Assembly (NCBI GenBank): GCA_963674785.1
Contig: OY771555.1
Coordinates: 640,001 to 704,000, forward strand
DNA from: Caldisericia bacterium
GTDB taxonomy: Bacteria; Caldisericota; Caldisericia; JAAYUI01
DNA length: 64,000 nt
Reading direction: 5' to 3'
How positions within the stretch are numbered: the first letter of the stretch is position 1; every line of letters begins with the position of its first letter. The notes under the pieces are model-generated. The model made no database searches and had not been told where the DNA came from. It saw nothing but the letters and a program-made list of their open reading frames with translations. The position numbers were made by a program, and so were the translations under genes. Below are positions 30,509 through 40,537 of this stretch, in pieces.

Positions 30509-30540
30509 AAAGCCCGCGGCAGAAATGACCGCGGGCTTTT
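30509..30540 (+). terminator. Intrinsic terminator after giant protein 1
   Basis: aaagcccgcgg-cagaaatga-ccgcgggctttt. Confidence 0.9.
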
Positions 30541-30786
30541 GTTATATATGGATACATTTTTTTGCTTTTAGGTTTTTTCATAGTTCTTTTAAAGTATCTG
30601 CATGTCTTGTATTAACGCTGTGGATTTAAAAATGATTCTCAGTTTGGTTTGCGATAACCATGTGAACAATATTGGTAAAGATTAGAACTTAATAGAATAG
30701 AAGAAATATCTCGATGGTCATAACTTTTTTGAGAGAACCCATGCAAGCAGTTGTAGGACTTTTGGCTTAGTTTTTTGAGTGTGTTT

Positions 30787-31851
30787 TTATTTGTTTTTTG
30801 TTGGCACACATATCGCAAGCACAATAACCGTCAAAAATACAATGCCGATCACGATTGGCCATATATATTCAAAAAGCTGGTTGCCGATTGATGTTGCGGT
30901 TATCACACCGATGATAAGCCAAAAATATCCAAGTGTCTTGTCAAGCGAAAGAGCAGCCCAAAGCATTATTATGGGGATCGAAAAAAGGATTCCACCCGAT
31001 AGAAATGACGCAAGGGGAACAATTGAGATAGGAAGATATGCGTAGATGAATAATGAAATTCCACCGACTCCAACAATGGCTGCGATCGAATAGAAACAGG
31101 CAAGACTCAGGTCATAGTTTCCAATCTTCCAAAGGAAAATACCAGCAAGAATCAGGAACAAAATGATAAGTCCAAGAAAGAGAAATGGTGGAAGTGTTGG
31201 AATGAACTCTGATTCAGTGATGAGAGAATAAAGAGTATAATTCCTGTTGAATGTGAGATTTTTTCTGTTTATGGTGAAGTTGTTGTCATGATAAGTCCAG
31301 CTAACGGTTTTATCATTGATACTGAAATCTGTGAGATTTTCTCTGTCTCCTGAGATATTGCCATCTCCTTCAGCCCAGTTTTCAAGATAATAGTAAAGAT
31401 TCAAATAATCATTTTTGACCCAACTGTCTGGGTTTAGAGCAAAAAAGCCATGAGGACTTACAACAGCAATATTATTTGTGGTAACAAGAATCAATCCTCC
31501 CTTGTGAATACCTCTGTCGATACCCACTGCAAGCAGTTTGTCGGTGGTTTTGTTTGATGTTTTCACATCGAAGTGGATATAGAAACCAAATGAGAACGGC
31601 GAAATTGATGTTCCCTTTGAGATCATGTAAAACTCGGGGAGGAATTCCTTTTCCTGGAAGACCTTTGAAAAGCTACCAGAAAGACCATCTTTTGGCATAC
31701 TTGATAATTCGGATATTCCAAATGTTTTTGGTCTTACTGAGAGCATCTTTTCAGAAACGATATGAATCCCGCAAAAAACAACCCCTGCAAGAAGAAGGAC
31801 TGTAAGAACGATTGCAATAACTAGAAACCCATTAACTCTACTACTTTTCAT
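30787..31851 (-). CDS. Hypothetical membrane protein (N-terminal TM, extracytoplasmic domain, ~5 C-terminal TM)
   Basis: GGAGG RBS; hydrophobicity pattern. Confidence 0.75.
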   Translation of the reverse strand: MKSSRVNGFLVIAIVLTVLLLAGVVFCGIHIVSEKMLSVRPKTFGISELSSMPKDGLSGSFSKVFQEKEFLPEFYMISKGTSISPFSFGFYIHFDVKTSNKTTDKLLAVGIDRGIHKGGLILVTTNNIAVVSPHGFFALNPDSWVKNDYLNLYYYLENWAEGDGNISGDRENLTDFSINDKTVSWTYHDNNFTINRKNLTFNRNYTLYSLITESEFIPTLPPFLFLGLIILFLILAGIFLWKIGNYDLSLACFYSIAAIVGVGGISLFIYAYLPISIVPLASFLSGGILFSIPIIMLWAALSLDKTLGYFWLIIGVITATSIGNQLFEYIWPIVIGIVFLTVIVLAICVPTKNK

Positions 31852-32084
31852 TTCGCCTCCGTATGGGTTTTATTGTAATAATAAGCCTCATAATTGCAAT
31901 ATTACAGGGGTTTGTAGCACCCATTTTTGGAATTTTTCACCCATTATGTCACATTTCTCCTTCGTCTTTACGGGCTCGACCCGGAAACTCTTCTTCCATG
32001 TTGCATCTGTTTGCTTGAGATTCTGAATCGAATTCAGAATGAAGTTGTTCAGATATGCAGTCATAACCTGGTGTATGTTATTCA

Positions 32085-32112
32085 TTGACAAAACAGTGAA
32101 CCCTCATAGAAT
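32085..32112 (+). promoter_or_regulatory. Sigma-70 promoter of tRNA-Leu
   Basis: TTGACA-16-TAGAAT. Confidence 0.75.
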
Positions 32113-32130
32113 TTGATTCGTCTTTTTTGT

Positions 32131-32218
32131 GCCGAAGTGGCGGAATTGGTAGACGCGGTGGATTCAAAATCCATTGAGCTCAACACTCGTGAGGGTTCGA
32201 GTCCCTCCTTCGGTACCA
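32131..32218 (+). tRNA. tRNA-Leu(CAA)
   Basis: GCCGAAG/CTTCGGT acceptor stem, D-loop GGAATTGGTAGAC, anticodon loop TTCAAAA, long variable arm, GGTTCGAGTCC, encoded CCA. Confidence 0.97.
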
Positions 32219-32447
32219 CATCAAAAAAACTCCAACATCCAAACTCCACCCACCTCATCACTCGAACGGTTTTCGAGTCCCTCCTTCGGTACCACATCAA
32301 AAAAATCTTAAACCTCCAAATGTCCACCTCCCTCAACACCTCGTACGTGTTCCGTCCCTCCTTTGGTGCCACATCATACAAATCTCAAGCCTTCAATCTC
32401 CACCTCGCTCTACACTCATTCGGTATCTCCTCCCACCTTCGGTACCA
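32219..32447 (+). repeat. Three tandem degenerate copies of the tRNA-Leu 3' half (76-77 bp period)
   Basis: CCA ends at 32218, 32294, 32371 and 32447; 32196-32229 is identical to 32272-32305. Confidence 0.85.
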
Positions 32448-32534
32448 AGGATTCTAGTCGTTCCTTTCGGTTGCTGAACTTGCCTGTGCATGACACGGAA
32501 TCACTCGCTCGTCATGATGGGCGAAGAAATGGAA

Positions 32535-32669
32535 CCTCCCCACCCTAACCCTCCCCTCATGGAGGGGATTGCTCTCCGGTCATTCCCGACTCCCTATTCC
32601 CCGCCATTCCCCGCTTGACTGGGAATCTCCTTCCCAGCACGTCATTCCGGGCTTGACCCGAAATCCAGG
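32535..32669. repeat. Cluster of REP-like palindromes
   Basis: ccccaccctaaccctcccc..ggagggga; cattccccgcttgactgggaatc; gtcattccgggcttgacccgaaatcc (19 bp identical at 41959). Confidence 0.7.
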
Positions 32670-32920
32670 GTTACTCTTGATGCATGAATTCTCTGTTTTT
32701 ATAATTATTGATGTTGGATGGGCGATTTCACCTGACAAAAAAACTTCGATTTTTGATGCCCTGGTTTCCTATTTTCACAGGAAAGACATAGAGAAGGTTT
32801 GTTGTCCCAGACCGGCTCCTTCATTTCCGATGGTCACTGAGCTTTATTTACATTAAGTTTATCGAAGTACGATCGGAAATTCCGGGATATTCACGATGCT
32901 GTAACCATATCCCCAAATAT

Positions 32921-32956
32921 AAAAAAACACCGGACTCCTTCTCAGGCGCCCGGTGC
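32921..32956 (-). terminator. Intrinsic terminator of the DUF4405 gene
   Basis: caccgg...ccggtg stem followed by T7 on the minus strand. Confidence 0.65.
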
Positions 32957-32984
32957 CGAATCTATATACGCTCAACAGTGTTTC

Positions 32985-33884
32985 TTATGCCGTTTGAGCG
33001 GTGATCCTCTGAGCTTTGTTTTTCCAACCAAACAGATATTTTTCAGAGGCATATGTTAGTGACGCAAAAAGCACCATAATTAAGAAGCTATATAAAACAT
33101 TTGATGTTGTTGGTGCTCTTTCTCCCCCGTGAGGTCCTCCTCCCTCACCTGTAGCTCCGTAACGGTTTCCGTTCCCTAATCCTTCTCCGTTACTATTTCC
33201 GTAACCGTTCCCATTTCCACCTCCTGTTATTTCGCTATCATCGAAACCCTCACCATTTTCGCCTGATTCGATGTTAAATTGGCCATCTGGTCCCCCGTGA
33301 AAACCCTTTGAAGCACTTATTGAAGTGGGGTTTACTCTGTTGAAATAATTATACTGAACAATCCCCAAAACTCCCAATGAAAGACAAATAACAACAGTTA
33401 CGACCGCCAAAATCTCCCCCACTTTTTTTGATGGGCAGAAAAATCTTTTGAAAAATGCACTAATAAATCCTATGTGAAGCCCTATATGAATTCCAATCAA
33501 TGCGAGGGCTACGTGTGCTGCGAACTTATGCAGTCCTTGATTTATCCCCATGCTCGCTGTCTTTGGACCCACAAAGATTGTTTCTGAAATTTTAATACCT
33601 GTTATAATTATTATTGTAACTGCGACAAGAAGAAGAATATCAATAATATAAATAACCTTGGTTCTTGTTGTCATTTTTTTGTTGAAAAGATTTTTTGAAA
33701 CCTGAATGATCCAGTTGTAGTTTAGAAGATTATGAATCAAGAACAAAACCCCAATTCCAATTCCAAGTAACTCATGTAGGTTCATCCCAGTAAAAGACTT
33801 ACTGAAGAAGGCGACAAATGTGATTGTCAAAACTACATCTAACACAATTTGCAATGCTGACTTTTTGCTTTTCATCTTTTTCAA
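32985..33884 (-). CDS. DUF4405 / cytochrome-b-like membrane protein with Gly/Asn-rich loop
   Basis: TM helices with paired His (LHELLG..IHNLLN; LHKFAAH..IHIGLH); GNGNGYGNSNG low-complexity segment. Confidence 0.78.
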   Translation of the reverse strand: MKKMKSKKSALQIVLDVVLTITFVAFFSKSFTGMNLHELLGIGIGVLFLIHNLLNYNWIIQVSKNLFNKKMTTRTKVIYIIDILLLVAVTIIIITGIKISETIFVGPKTASMGINQGLHKFAAHVALALIGIHIGLHIGFISAFFKRFFCPSKKVGEILAVVTVVICLSLGVLGIVQYNYFNRVNPTSISASKGFHGGPDGQFNIESGENGEGFDDSEITGGGNGNGYGNSNGEGLGNGNRYGATGEGGGPHGGERAPTTSNVLYSFLIMVLFASLTYASEKYLFGWKNKAQRITAQTA

Positions 33885-33910
33885 ACCATCCTTTTTTCAT
33901 TTACACCTTC

Positions 33911-33930
33911 TTATACGCCTGGGGGTATAA
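33911..33930. promoter_or_regulatory. CsoR/CstR/RcnR-family-like operator
   Basis: TTATAC-GCCTGGGG-GTATAA: TAC..GTA inverted repeat around a G-tract, just upstream of the DUF4405 gene. Confidence 0.55.
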
Positions 33931-34056
33931 TTTGTTAGTTAAATGATTACTAAGAGTTGTAGTATAAAATTGTAAAAGAGTTGCAATGAGGATTTCTCCG
34001 GTCATTTCTGAAGGTCACTGAGCAATCCTTCAGGTCTAAATGTGATCTGGAATATG

Positions 34057-34086
34057 AAAAAAGGCCGATTATTGAAACCGACCTTC
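34057..34086 (-). terminator. Intrinsic terminator at end of array B
   Basis: aaggtcggtt-tcaat-aatcggcctt-tttt on the minus strand. Confidence 0.7.
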
Positions 34087-34132
34087 ATAAACGTTTCTTA
34101 TTAGATGAGTTGTTAGCTCTTCTTTCCGTGGT

Positions 34133-36127
34133 TTATTCGATTTTTTTGCAAATGAGATACCGTTGGCGTCTATCTTCTGATTGCTCTAAAAATTCTGGAC
34201 ACTCGCCTGTATACAGTATATACCCATCCTTTATATCAAAAATATAACCATTAGAGCATTTTGAGTCTAAAGTGATGCTTCCAAGTTCTGAGAAAGTCTC
34301 TGGATCAAACCACTGTCCATTATCAATAATGTAGCCATCTAAGGAATATTTTTCTCTATCAAGAATGCTTCTTCTGTGCGTAAATTGATAAAATTCCGTT
34401 TTTTCCTCAATTATTTTTGCATCATCAAGATCAAAAAACATTTTCATATATGTTGGAACATATCGGGAATCCTCAATTACAATTTCGATGTATCCATCAT
34501 AAACAGTTGAACTATAAAGACGCTCAAGTTCAAACTTTTTTGTGTCCATAGTCCATCTCTCTTCACCTGTCTCTATGTTGATTGCAGATATCAAGTTCCC
34601 CCTAAAAACAATTATTTGATCTTCATCAAAATACCATTCTCTCCACCTTTTAGTAGAATCTAGTTCATGATCATCTCTATCTTGAATCTTTTTTGTCCAA
34701 ATAGGTCCAAGAGTTTCTTGGTCGATGTATGAGATATAATCAAGATTCATAAAAGCCATATCGTCATGATAAACTAATGAAGGATATGGGTCGTGTCGGA
34801 CATTACTAACATCACCAAATTCAATAGTTCCTGATTCAAAGAAAAGATGATTGCCCGAATAAAGAAAGATGGTGATATTGTCAGTCATTATAGATTTTTG
34901 TAATTTGCCGTCCAAGGAATACTTCTGAATGTAATGTTCTTTTTCCCAGGTATTTTCATTGCTAGCTAAAGAGTAAGAAACAAAAATCATCTCATCGATT
35001 ACCTGGAAATCAAAAATTTCATCGTATTGGAGCTCCCATAAATCCTTGTCATCTTTTGCATCATAGATTACTGCAAGTCCGGGGATATTATCTTTGTCAA
35101 CTCTGATTCTGTAACGGTTTTCGGCAGTTACAGTGTTACTGATGATGAATTCTTTTATCTCCTCACCGGTGTCTGGGAGAATTTCGCCAGTATAAATATT
35201 TGCACAGTATTGCGTGGTATTCTGAGGTTGTTTCTCTTCAAAAAAATCTCTTGTCAGATCAATTTTTTCTGTAGAAAAAACAAGTTTGTCATCTATAAAC
35301 TTGAAATCTGTGATTTTTTCTTCTCCAAAAACATCTTCTGGAATCACCCATATTTCATTACCTGTTTTAAAATCCAAACAAGTAAAGCTGTACCAAGAAT
35401 CACAGGGTATCCAATAGCCTTCGTTTGAGCAATTAACAAATCTAGTCTGTAAGTATATCTTGTCACTAATTAGTTTTATAATCTGTGTACTACTATCATC
35501 ATTCGAAGGCAACTCTTTTTCCCACACAAAATTGACTTCAGGTGCATCAATTTTTTCAACAGATACACGTTTTATGAGGTTTTTATTTCCAGCAACACCG
35601 GAAATTTCATTTTCTTCATTTTCAAAGCGACACTCACCAAGTACAAGCCAAATGTTGCGTAAATCATTATGACTAACCTGTGCAATTGCTGTTAGTTCTA
35701 ACGTTTCTCCTGATTTTATCTTAAAGGTTTTTATCAAATTTCCCTCTTTATCCAGGTACTTTGCATAAAAGCTGAATATGAATTCAATATCAAGATCAAA
35801 TTCGCTTATATTTGTCAACTGAAATGGGTAGCTTAAAATATCTCCCTTATGAGCCGTAATCTTTTCCTCATGCCCTGATGGCCAGTTGTATGACAAGTAT
35901 TCCTCTGGATTGTTGATATTGATATTTTTTGTAAGGGTTTCATATTTGAGAACCCGTTTTGAGATTTTTTCATCTTTTTTTGGGAACAGATCTTCGAAGG
36001 TGTTTTCTTGATTTGTGACTTCAACTTCACCTTGAGTTTCAGGCGGTGTTTTTTCTATGTCCACACCACATGAAACAACCGAGATAACCAATATGATACC
36101 GATAATGCTTGTGATAATCTTCTTCAT
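34133..36127 (-). CDS. Lipoprotein with PQQ-like propeller repeats, array B member 3
   Basis: GGAGA RBS, MKKIITSIIGIILVISVVS-C lipobox; LDFKTGNEIW and INIETGEERW motifs; paralog of 36270-38258. Confidence 0.85.
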   Translation of the reverse strand: MKKIITSIIGIILVISVVSCGVDIEKTPPETQGEVEVTNQENTFEDLFPKKDEKISKRVLKYETLTKNININNPEEYLSYNWPSGHEEKITAHKGDILSYPFQLTNISEFDLDIEFIFSFYAKYLDKEGNLIKTFKIKSGETLELTAIAQVSHNDLRNIWLVLGECRFENEENEISGVAGNKNLIKRVSVEKIDAPEVNFVWEKELPSNDDSSTQIIKLISDKIYLQTRFVNCSNEGYWIPCDSWYSFTCLDFKTGNEIWVIPEDVFGEEKITDFKFIDDKLVFSTEKIDLTRDFFEEKQPQNTTQYCANIYTGEILPDTGEEIKEFIISNTVTAENRYRIRVDKDNIPGLAVIYDAKDDKDLWELQYDEIFDFQVIDEMIFVSYSLASNENTWEKEHYIQKYSLDGKLQKSIMTDNITIFLYSGNHLFFESGTIEFGDVSNVRHDPYPSLVYHDDMAFMNLDYISYIDQETLGPIWTKKIQDRDDHELDSTKRWREWYFDEDQIIVFRGNLISAINIETGEERWTMDTKKFELERLYSSTVYDGYIEIVIEDSRYVPTYMKMFFDLDDAKIIEEKTEFYQFTHRRSILDREKYSLDGYIIDNGQWFDPETFSELGSITLDSKCSNGYIFDIKDGYILYTGECPEFLEQSEDRRQRYLICKKIE

Positions 36128-36227
36128 TTTTTTAAGTCTCCCCTTCCCTGTCATCCTGCACGTCACTGAGCCTAAGCGGAGTGTGATGCGGGATCTAGGT
36201 TTTAAGTTATTTTATTCCTTCTGACAA
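36066..36227. repeat. 162-bp direct repeat (copy at 38197-38358): fpg stop region + REP hairpin + RBS + signal-peptide coding
   Basis: By-eye comparison shows no mismatch at an offset of 2131 bp. Confidence 0.9.
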
Positions 36228-36269
36228 TCCGGGCAATAGTAAACACTGCCCCTTGCAACAATCTCGTAC
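36212..36269 (-). pseudogene. Short 3' fragment of an fpg/nei allele
   Basis: Reads ...RGSVYYCPDCQKE* vs GGSVYYCPSCQKE* in the intact gene. Confidence 0.8.
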
Positions 36270-38258
36270 CTATTCGATTTTTTTGCAAATGAGGTATGTA
36301 GTGAATTTATCTTCTAATTCTTCTGTAAGAACAGGGGTGCTACTTTGATAGTAGATATATCCATCTCTGATGTCTATGATTCTATCATAGCAAATCTCAT
36401 CTTCTGCAATGCTCCCTATAAGTTCAAATGTTTCTGGATCATACCATTCTGTTTTTAAAACTATATATCCATCAGATGAAATCTTTTTTTCAAATCCAAG
36501 CTGGTATTTTGGAATAAATTCTGTTTTGTCAGGGAGAATTTCTCCTGTTTTTATCTCATAAAACTCTTTTTTGTAGGGTGGCACTAAATTGTTGTCATCG
36601 CTTAGAACTTCAAGATATCCATCGTTTACCTGCGTGTTAGATGTGTTTAGTCTAGTAGAAAGTTCTGGTTCCATCTCCCAGAGAACATCACCATTTGATA
36701 TGTCGATTGCGGTGATTTTTGAGTTACTAAAAGCGATCATCTCTTCTTTTTCAAAATACCATCTATCCCATATTTTTGAGTTACTACCTGTTAATTCATC
36801 GTATTCATGAATCTCCTTTGTCCAGATGGGTTCTAATGTTTCCTTGTTTATTAGTGAAATGTCGTGAACATCAACATAAGCCATATTGATAAAGCCGTAT
36901 AAAAACTCCATTGATTCGTAAGAGCGGATATCCGCAAAATCAATTCTTCCACTTTCAAAAAAGAGGTTGTTATGTGAATAAACAAATATTGTAATTTCAG
37001 GGTTTTCATTTTGCTTTTGAAGCATTCCGTCAAAACTATACTTTGAAACAATATTTCTAATCTTGCCTGAGTGGATGTCAGAATCAGCAAGTGAATACGA
37101 AAAATAGATAGCATCATCAGTGATTTGGAAGTCGAACATCTTATCATAAGCAAGTTTCCATATCACTTTGTTTTGCTCTACATCATAAATGGATGCGATG
37201 TTTGAGTCTCCTTCTTTGTGCCTGTAAACTTCGAACTTTATTCCGCGATCAAGCTTCTGTTTGTTTACAATTCTTGTGATTTGAGATTTGTCTAAGAAGA
37301 GTATTTCTCCGGAGTGCTTATCCGCAAGATATGGGATTTTCAAGGGTTTGTACTCTTTCTTATTAAATGACGCACCTAGGAATTCAAATGAATCAGTATA
37401 AAAAACTAGATAGTCTTCAAATTCATAGTAGTCAACTATTTTTTTATCTCCAAAAACATCTTCAGGTATGTTCCAAACCTCTTCACCAGTCTTTGAGTTT
37501 ATATATGTGAAGCTGTACCAAACATCGTAAAAAACATGGATACCAGCCTCTTCGCTGTTATCATGATAATTGATTAAAAGTATGTAGTCATCAACTTCAA
37601 TCTCGGGGAGCAACTCAACATGCTGGTTATTTAAGTCTCTTTCCCACGCCACTTTATGATCTGGGGCATCGGTGCGTTTCACGAAAAGGACTTTTATTAA
37701 TTCTGTTTTGAAAACAGTTGAACCAAAAATCTCATTTTCTGCATTATCAAATCTGAATCCACCACCATAGAGTCGGAATACTTTTCTGTTATCATCGATT
37801 TCAAAATTTACTGTCAATTCAAGGGATTCGCTTGAACCCAGCATGGTTTGTTTGATGGTTTCGCCGCTACTGTTTGTGATAGTAACATTCTTCATATATG
37901 GAAACTCAATTTCAAAATCGAATTTGCTTATGTTTGTTACTTCAAATGGATAGCTCAAGATATCACCATTTTTGGCAATAATTTTTTCTTCTTGCTCCGT
38001 AAACCACTTGTAGCTGATATATTTACTAACATCGACAATATTTCTCTTTGCAGTGAGAGACTCATGGATTGGAATCTGTTCTGTGATTTTGGTTTTTGAT
38101 TCTTGTTTGGTTTCATTAGCAATATCATCTATTGTCTTTGTGACTTGTTTTGATTGTGATATGTCGGCTTTGTGTTCTGTTCTATCTTTGTCCACCCCAC
38201 ATGAAACAACCGAGATAACCAATATGATACCGATAATGCTTGTGATAATCTTCTTCAT
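36270..38258 (-). CDS. Lipoprotein with PQQ-like propeller repeats, array B member 2
   Basis: Same signal peptide and YLICKKIE C-terminus as member 3, with a divergent middle. Confidence 0.85.
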   Translation of the reverse strand: MKKIITSIIGIILVISVVSCGVDKDRTEHKADISQSKQVTKTIDDIANETKQESKTKITEQIPIHESLTAKRNIVDVSKYISYKWFTEQEEKIIAKNGDILSYPFEVTNISKFDFEIEFPYMKNVTITNSSGETIKQTMLGSSESLELTVNFEIDDNRKVFRLYGGGFRFDNAENEIFGSTVFKTELIKVLFVKRTDAPDHKVAWERDLNNQHVELLPEIEVDDYILLINYHDNSEEAGIHVFYDVWYSFTYINSKTGEEVWNIPEDVFGDKKIVDYYEFEDYLVFYTDSFEFLGASFNKKEYKPLKIPYLADKHSGEILFLDKSQITRIVNKQKLDRGIKFEVYRHKEGDSNIASIYDVEQNKVIWKLAYDKMFDFQITDDAIYFSYSLADSDIHSGKIRNIVSKYSFDGMLQKQNENPEITIFVYSHNNLFFESGRIDFADIRSYESMEFLYGFINMAYVDVHDISLINKETLEPIWTKEIHEYDELTGSNSKIWDRWYFEKEEMIAFSNSKITAIDISNGDVLWEMEPELSTRLNTSNTQVNDGYLEVLSDDNNLVPPYKKEFYEIKTGEILPDKTEFIPKYQLGFEKKISSDGYIVLKTEWYDPETFELIGSIAEDEICYDRIIDIRDGYIYYQSSTPVLTEELEDKFTTYLICKKIE

Positions 38259-38342
38259 TTTTTTAAGTCTCCCCTTCCCTGTCATCCTGCACGTCACTGA
38301 GCCTAAGCGGAGTGTGATGCGGGATCTAGGTTTTAAGTTATT

Positions 38343-38495
38343 TTATTCCTTCTGACAACTTGGACAATAATAAACACTGCCCCCAAGATATGCCTGTTTG
38401 ATGATGTCCCCTTCGCAAACAGGACATGGGTCTTTGTATGTTTTTGCAGAAAGCAGGGTTTTATATCCACCTGGAGCAAAAATATATCTTTTTTC
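38343..38495 (-). pseudogene. ~150-bp 3' fragment of an fpg/nei allele
   Basis: Reads PGGYKTLLSAKTYKDPCPVCEGDIIKQAYLGGSVYYCPSCQKE*, matching 40538-~40690. Confidence 0.9.
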
Positions 38496-38522
38496 TACAA
38501 AGCTACCTTCCATTTCTTTTCT

Positions 38523-40535
38523 CTACTCCATATCAAAAAAACTTGGATGATGAAGAGGTCTTTCTTCAGATTCTGATATTACTGAAATCTCAAGGTTTTC
38601 ATCAATTGCTGCATGACCATAGCTATACTCTTCTTCCTGGTAATATTCAACCCAATTGCCTTTTCTTTTCATTATTGAAAGATAGATTTTGTCATCGACA
38701 AATGAGGAAAAATATCCTTTATTTGAATCGATTATGATTGAATCTTCTACTCCAGAGATTTTTTTAAAAATTCCTGTTTCCATTTCAAGTGCATAAATCT
38801 CTACAGCATGCCCTGTAATATGATCTTTTGCCAGGTCAAGGCTTTCATATTCATCTACCGACTCTGGATAACTATTTTCAGTCTTTTTCCGATCAATTTC
38901 TTTTGTTACTGAACAGATCGCATAAAGTTTTCCATTAAAAATCCCTGATGTATAAACAACGAAAGCTTTTGGATTTGTTATGTTGTTTAAGGATAATATG
39001 TCTGGAATATAATATGTTTTGTCGCCTTCAAGATTTGATATCCACATTGTTTGTTCTGGCCTTGGAGTGTGGGTTGGTAAATTCCAATCAGAGTATCCAA
39101 TTGGTCTTTTATTTGGTGATGCATAACAAACAAGCCCTGTTTTGTGATCAGCATAACTTACCCAAGGGCTTGAAGGTTGGTAGTTGGTTTCTTCCATTTC
39201 CATGGTATCTAAAGAAAGCTTAATAATATTTGCGCTTGCATAGGGTGATTCTAATCCCCTATGACCTAATCCTGGGAAGGACTCTTCTTGGCCTCTTCTA
39301 AAGTATTTATCTTCTTTTGTCTGCTCGAGAAGATATAGATTGCCATCATCAGTCCATTTGAGTGGGTAGTACCATTTGCCCTCCTCTTTGATGACTTGAT
39401 CGTTATATTGTGCCCATTCATAGTCTTTACTGCTTTGAATGAGAGATTTTTTATATGTTGTTCCCAAGCAATACTCATTATTTGTTTCTGTATTCTTGAT
39501 AACGAAATGATTGAACATTATGTAAATAACCTTATCATTTCCATCGACAAAAAGCTTATTGGGGTCAAGCGTCTCGTTGCCTTCCAGTGATTCATACCCA
39601 AATTTTATTTGTCTCTGGTAGTCACAAATAACCCATTTTCTATCTGGGGAAATAGCCATTGAGTATATAAAAGGTTCATAAGGCAAAGCATTTGGATGAT
39701 TCATAACTGAGTTATAATAATTTTCATCAACATCAGATATGTGATACCTGGCTTCTTCAAATAAATTTTCGTCTTGATTGAGATTGTATGATACCAAATG
39801 AATTGGATTACCATTGAAAAGTGTATAGGCCATCACATCAGAGGAATTCTGAGCTTGCAATTCAGCTTTTTTATGATATCCATATTTATCGAATATATCT
39901 AAAACAAATGGATTTTCATTCTTGCTGCTTAGCGTAATAGAGGTCTGAAACAACTTAGAGTTATTTGACTGAATCTCTCTTTTTACACCATCTTGGTCAG
40001 TTAGTGTTACCAAATCTAATTCTTTGTTCGATTCAATTGTTACCACTTGTGACTCATCAACGGTTTTCCTGTCAAAATGGATGACAATATTTGGTTCGCT
40101 TATGACTGTGACTGATGTGTATAAAGTGATTGGTTCGCCACCATCTGATGGTACTCCAGTAACAGCAATTTGATATTCATCAAAAAAAGAATCATCAGAA
40201 ACGGTCAATTTATCAGACCACCGTTTCCCTTCTGGTTTCACCTTGCTGGTCTCTTGTTTGTGTTTGAACCCAAAATTTACTAACTCGATCTCTTTTGAAA
40301 ACTTTGCACTGACAGGGATCTCTGTTCCCTTGTATGCGTATTTTTGCACCGATACAAATTGACCGAGTTTATCTTCAACTCTATTAAGATCGTTTAGCTC
40401 AAAGTCTATTTGATGAAAGTTGTCAATGTCCCCAGAGTTATTATCACTTTCCTTTGTATCTGTGCTTCCGTTTGGGTTACAGGATACAAAAAAGAGTATT
40501 GTTAGAACTAGAAATGTTTTCATTAAATTTTTCAT
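38523..40535 (-). CDS. Lipoprotein of unknown function, array B member 1
   Basis: ATG 2 nt after the fpg stop with AAGGA RBS inside the fpg 3' end; lipobox FVS-C. Confidence 0.82.
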   Translation of the reverse strand: MKNLMKTFLVLTILFFVSCNPNGSTDTKESDNNSGDIDNFHQIDFELNDLNRVEDKLGQFVSVQKYAYKGTEIPVSAKFSKEIELVNFGFKHKQETSKVKPEGKRWSDKLTVSDDSFFDEYQIAVTGVPSDGGEPITLYTSVTVISEPNIVIHFDRKTVDESQVVTIESNKELDLVTLTDQDGVKREIQSNNSKLFQTSITLSSKNENPFVLDIFDKYGYHKKAELQAQNSSDVMAYTLFNGNPIHLVSYNLNQDENLFEEARYHISDVDENYYNSVMNHPNALPYEPFIYSMAISPDRKWVICDYQRQIKFGYESLEGNETLDPNKLFVDGNDKVIYIMFNHFVIKNTETNNEYCLGTTYKKSLIQSSKDYEWAQYNDQVIKEEGKWYYPLKWTDDGNLYLLEQTKEDKYFRRGQEESFPGLGHRGLESPYASANIIKLSLDTMEMEETNYQPSSPWVSYADHKTGLVCYASPNKRPIGYSDWNLPTHTPRPEQTMWISNLEGDKTYYIPDILSLNNITNPKAFVVYTSGIFNGKLYAICSVTKEIDRKKTENSYPESVDEYESLDLAKDHITGHAVEIYALEMETGIFKKISGVEDSIIIDSNKGYFSSFVDDKIYLSIMKRKGNWVEYYQEEEYSYGHAAIDENLEISVISESEERPLHHPSFFDME

Positions 40536-40537
40536 TT

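Noticed and set aside
32196-32447. CRISPR array (34-bp repeat, ~42-bp spacers)
   Set aside because: The repeat is the tRNA 3' end, the spacers resemble each other and the tRNA, and no cas genes are present.
32082-32856. Short ORFs overlapping tRNA-Leu, its repeats and REP elements
   Set aside because: They overlap structural RNA or repeats and show no coding signal.
36148-36211. Integron attC site between lipoprotein cassettes
   Set aside because: The hairpin lacks RYYYAAC/GTTRRRY ends and there is no intI; it matches the REP-like family instead.
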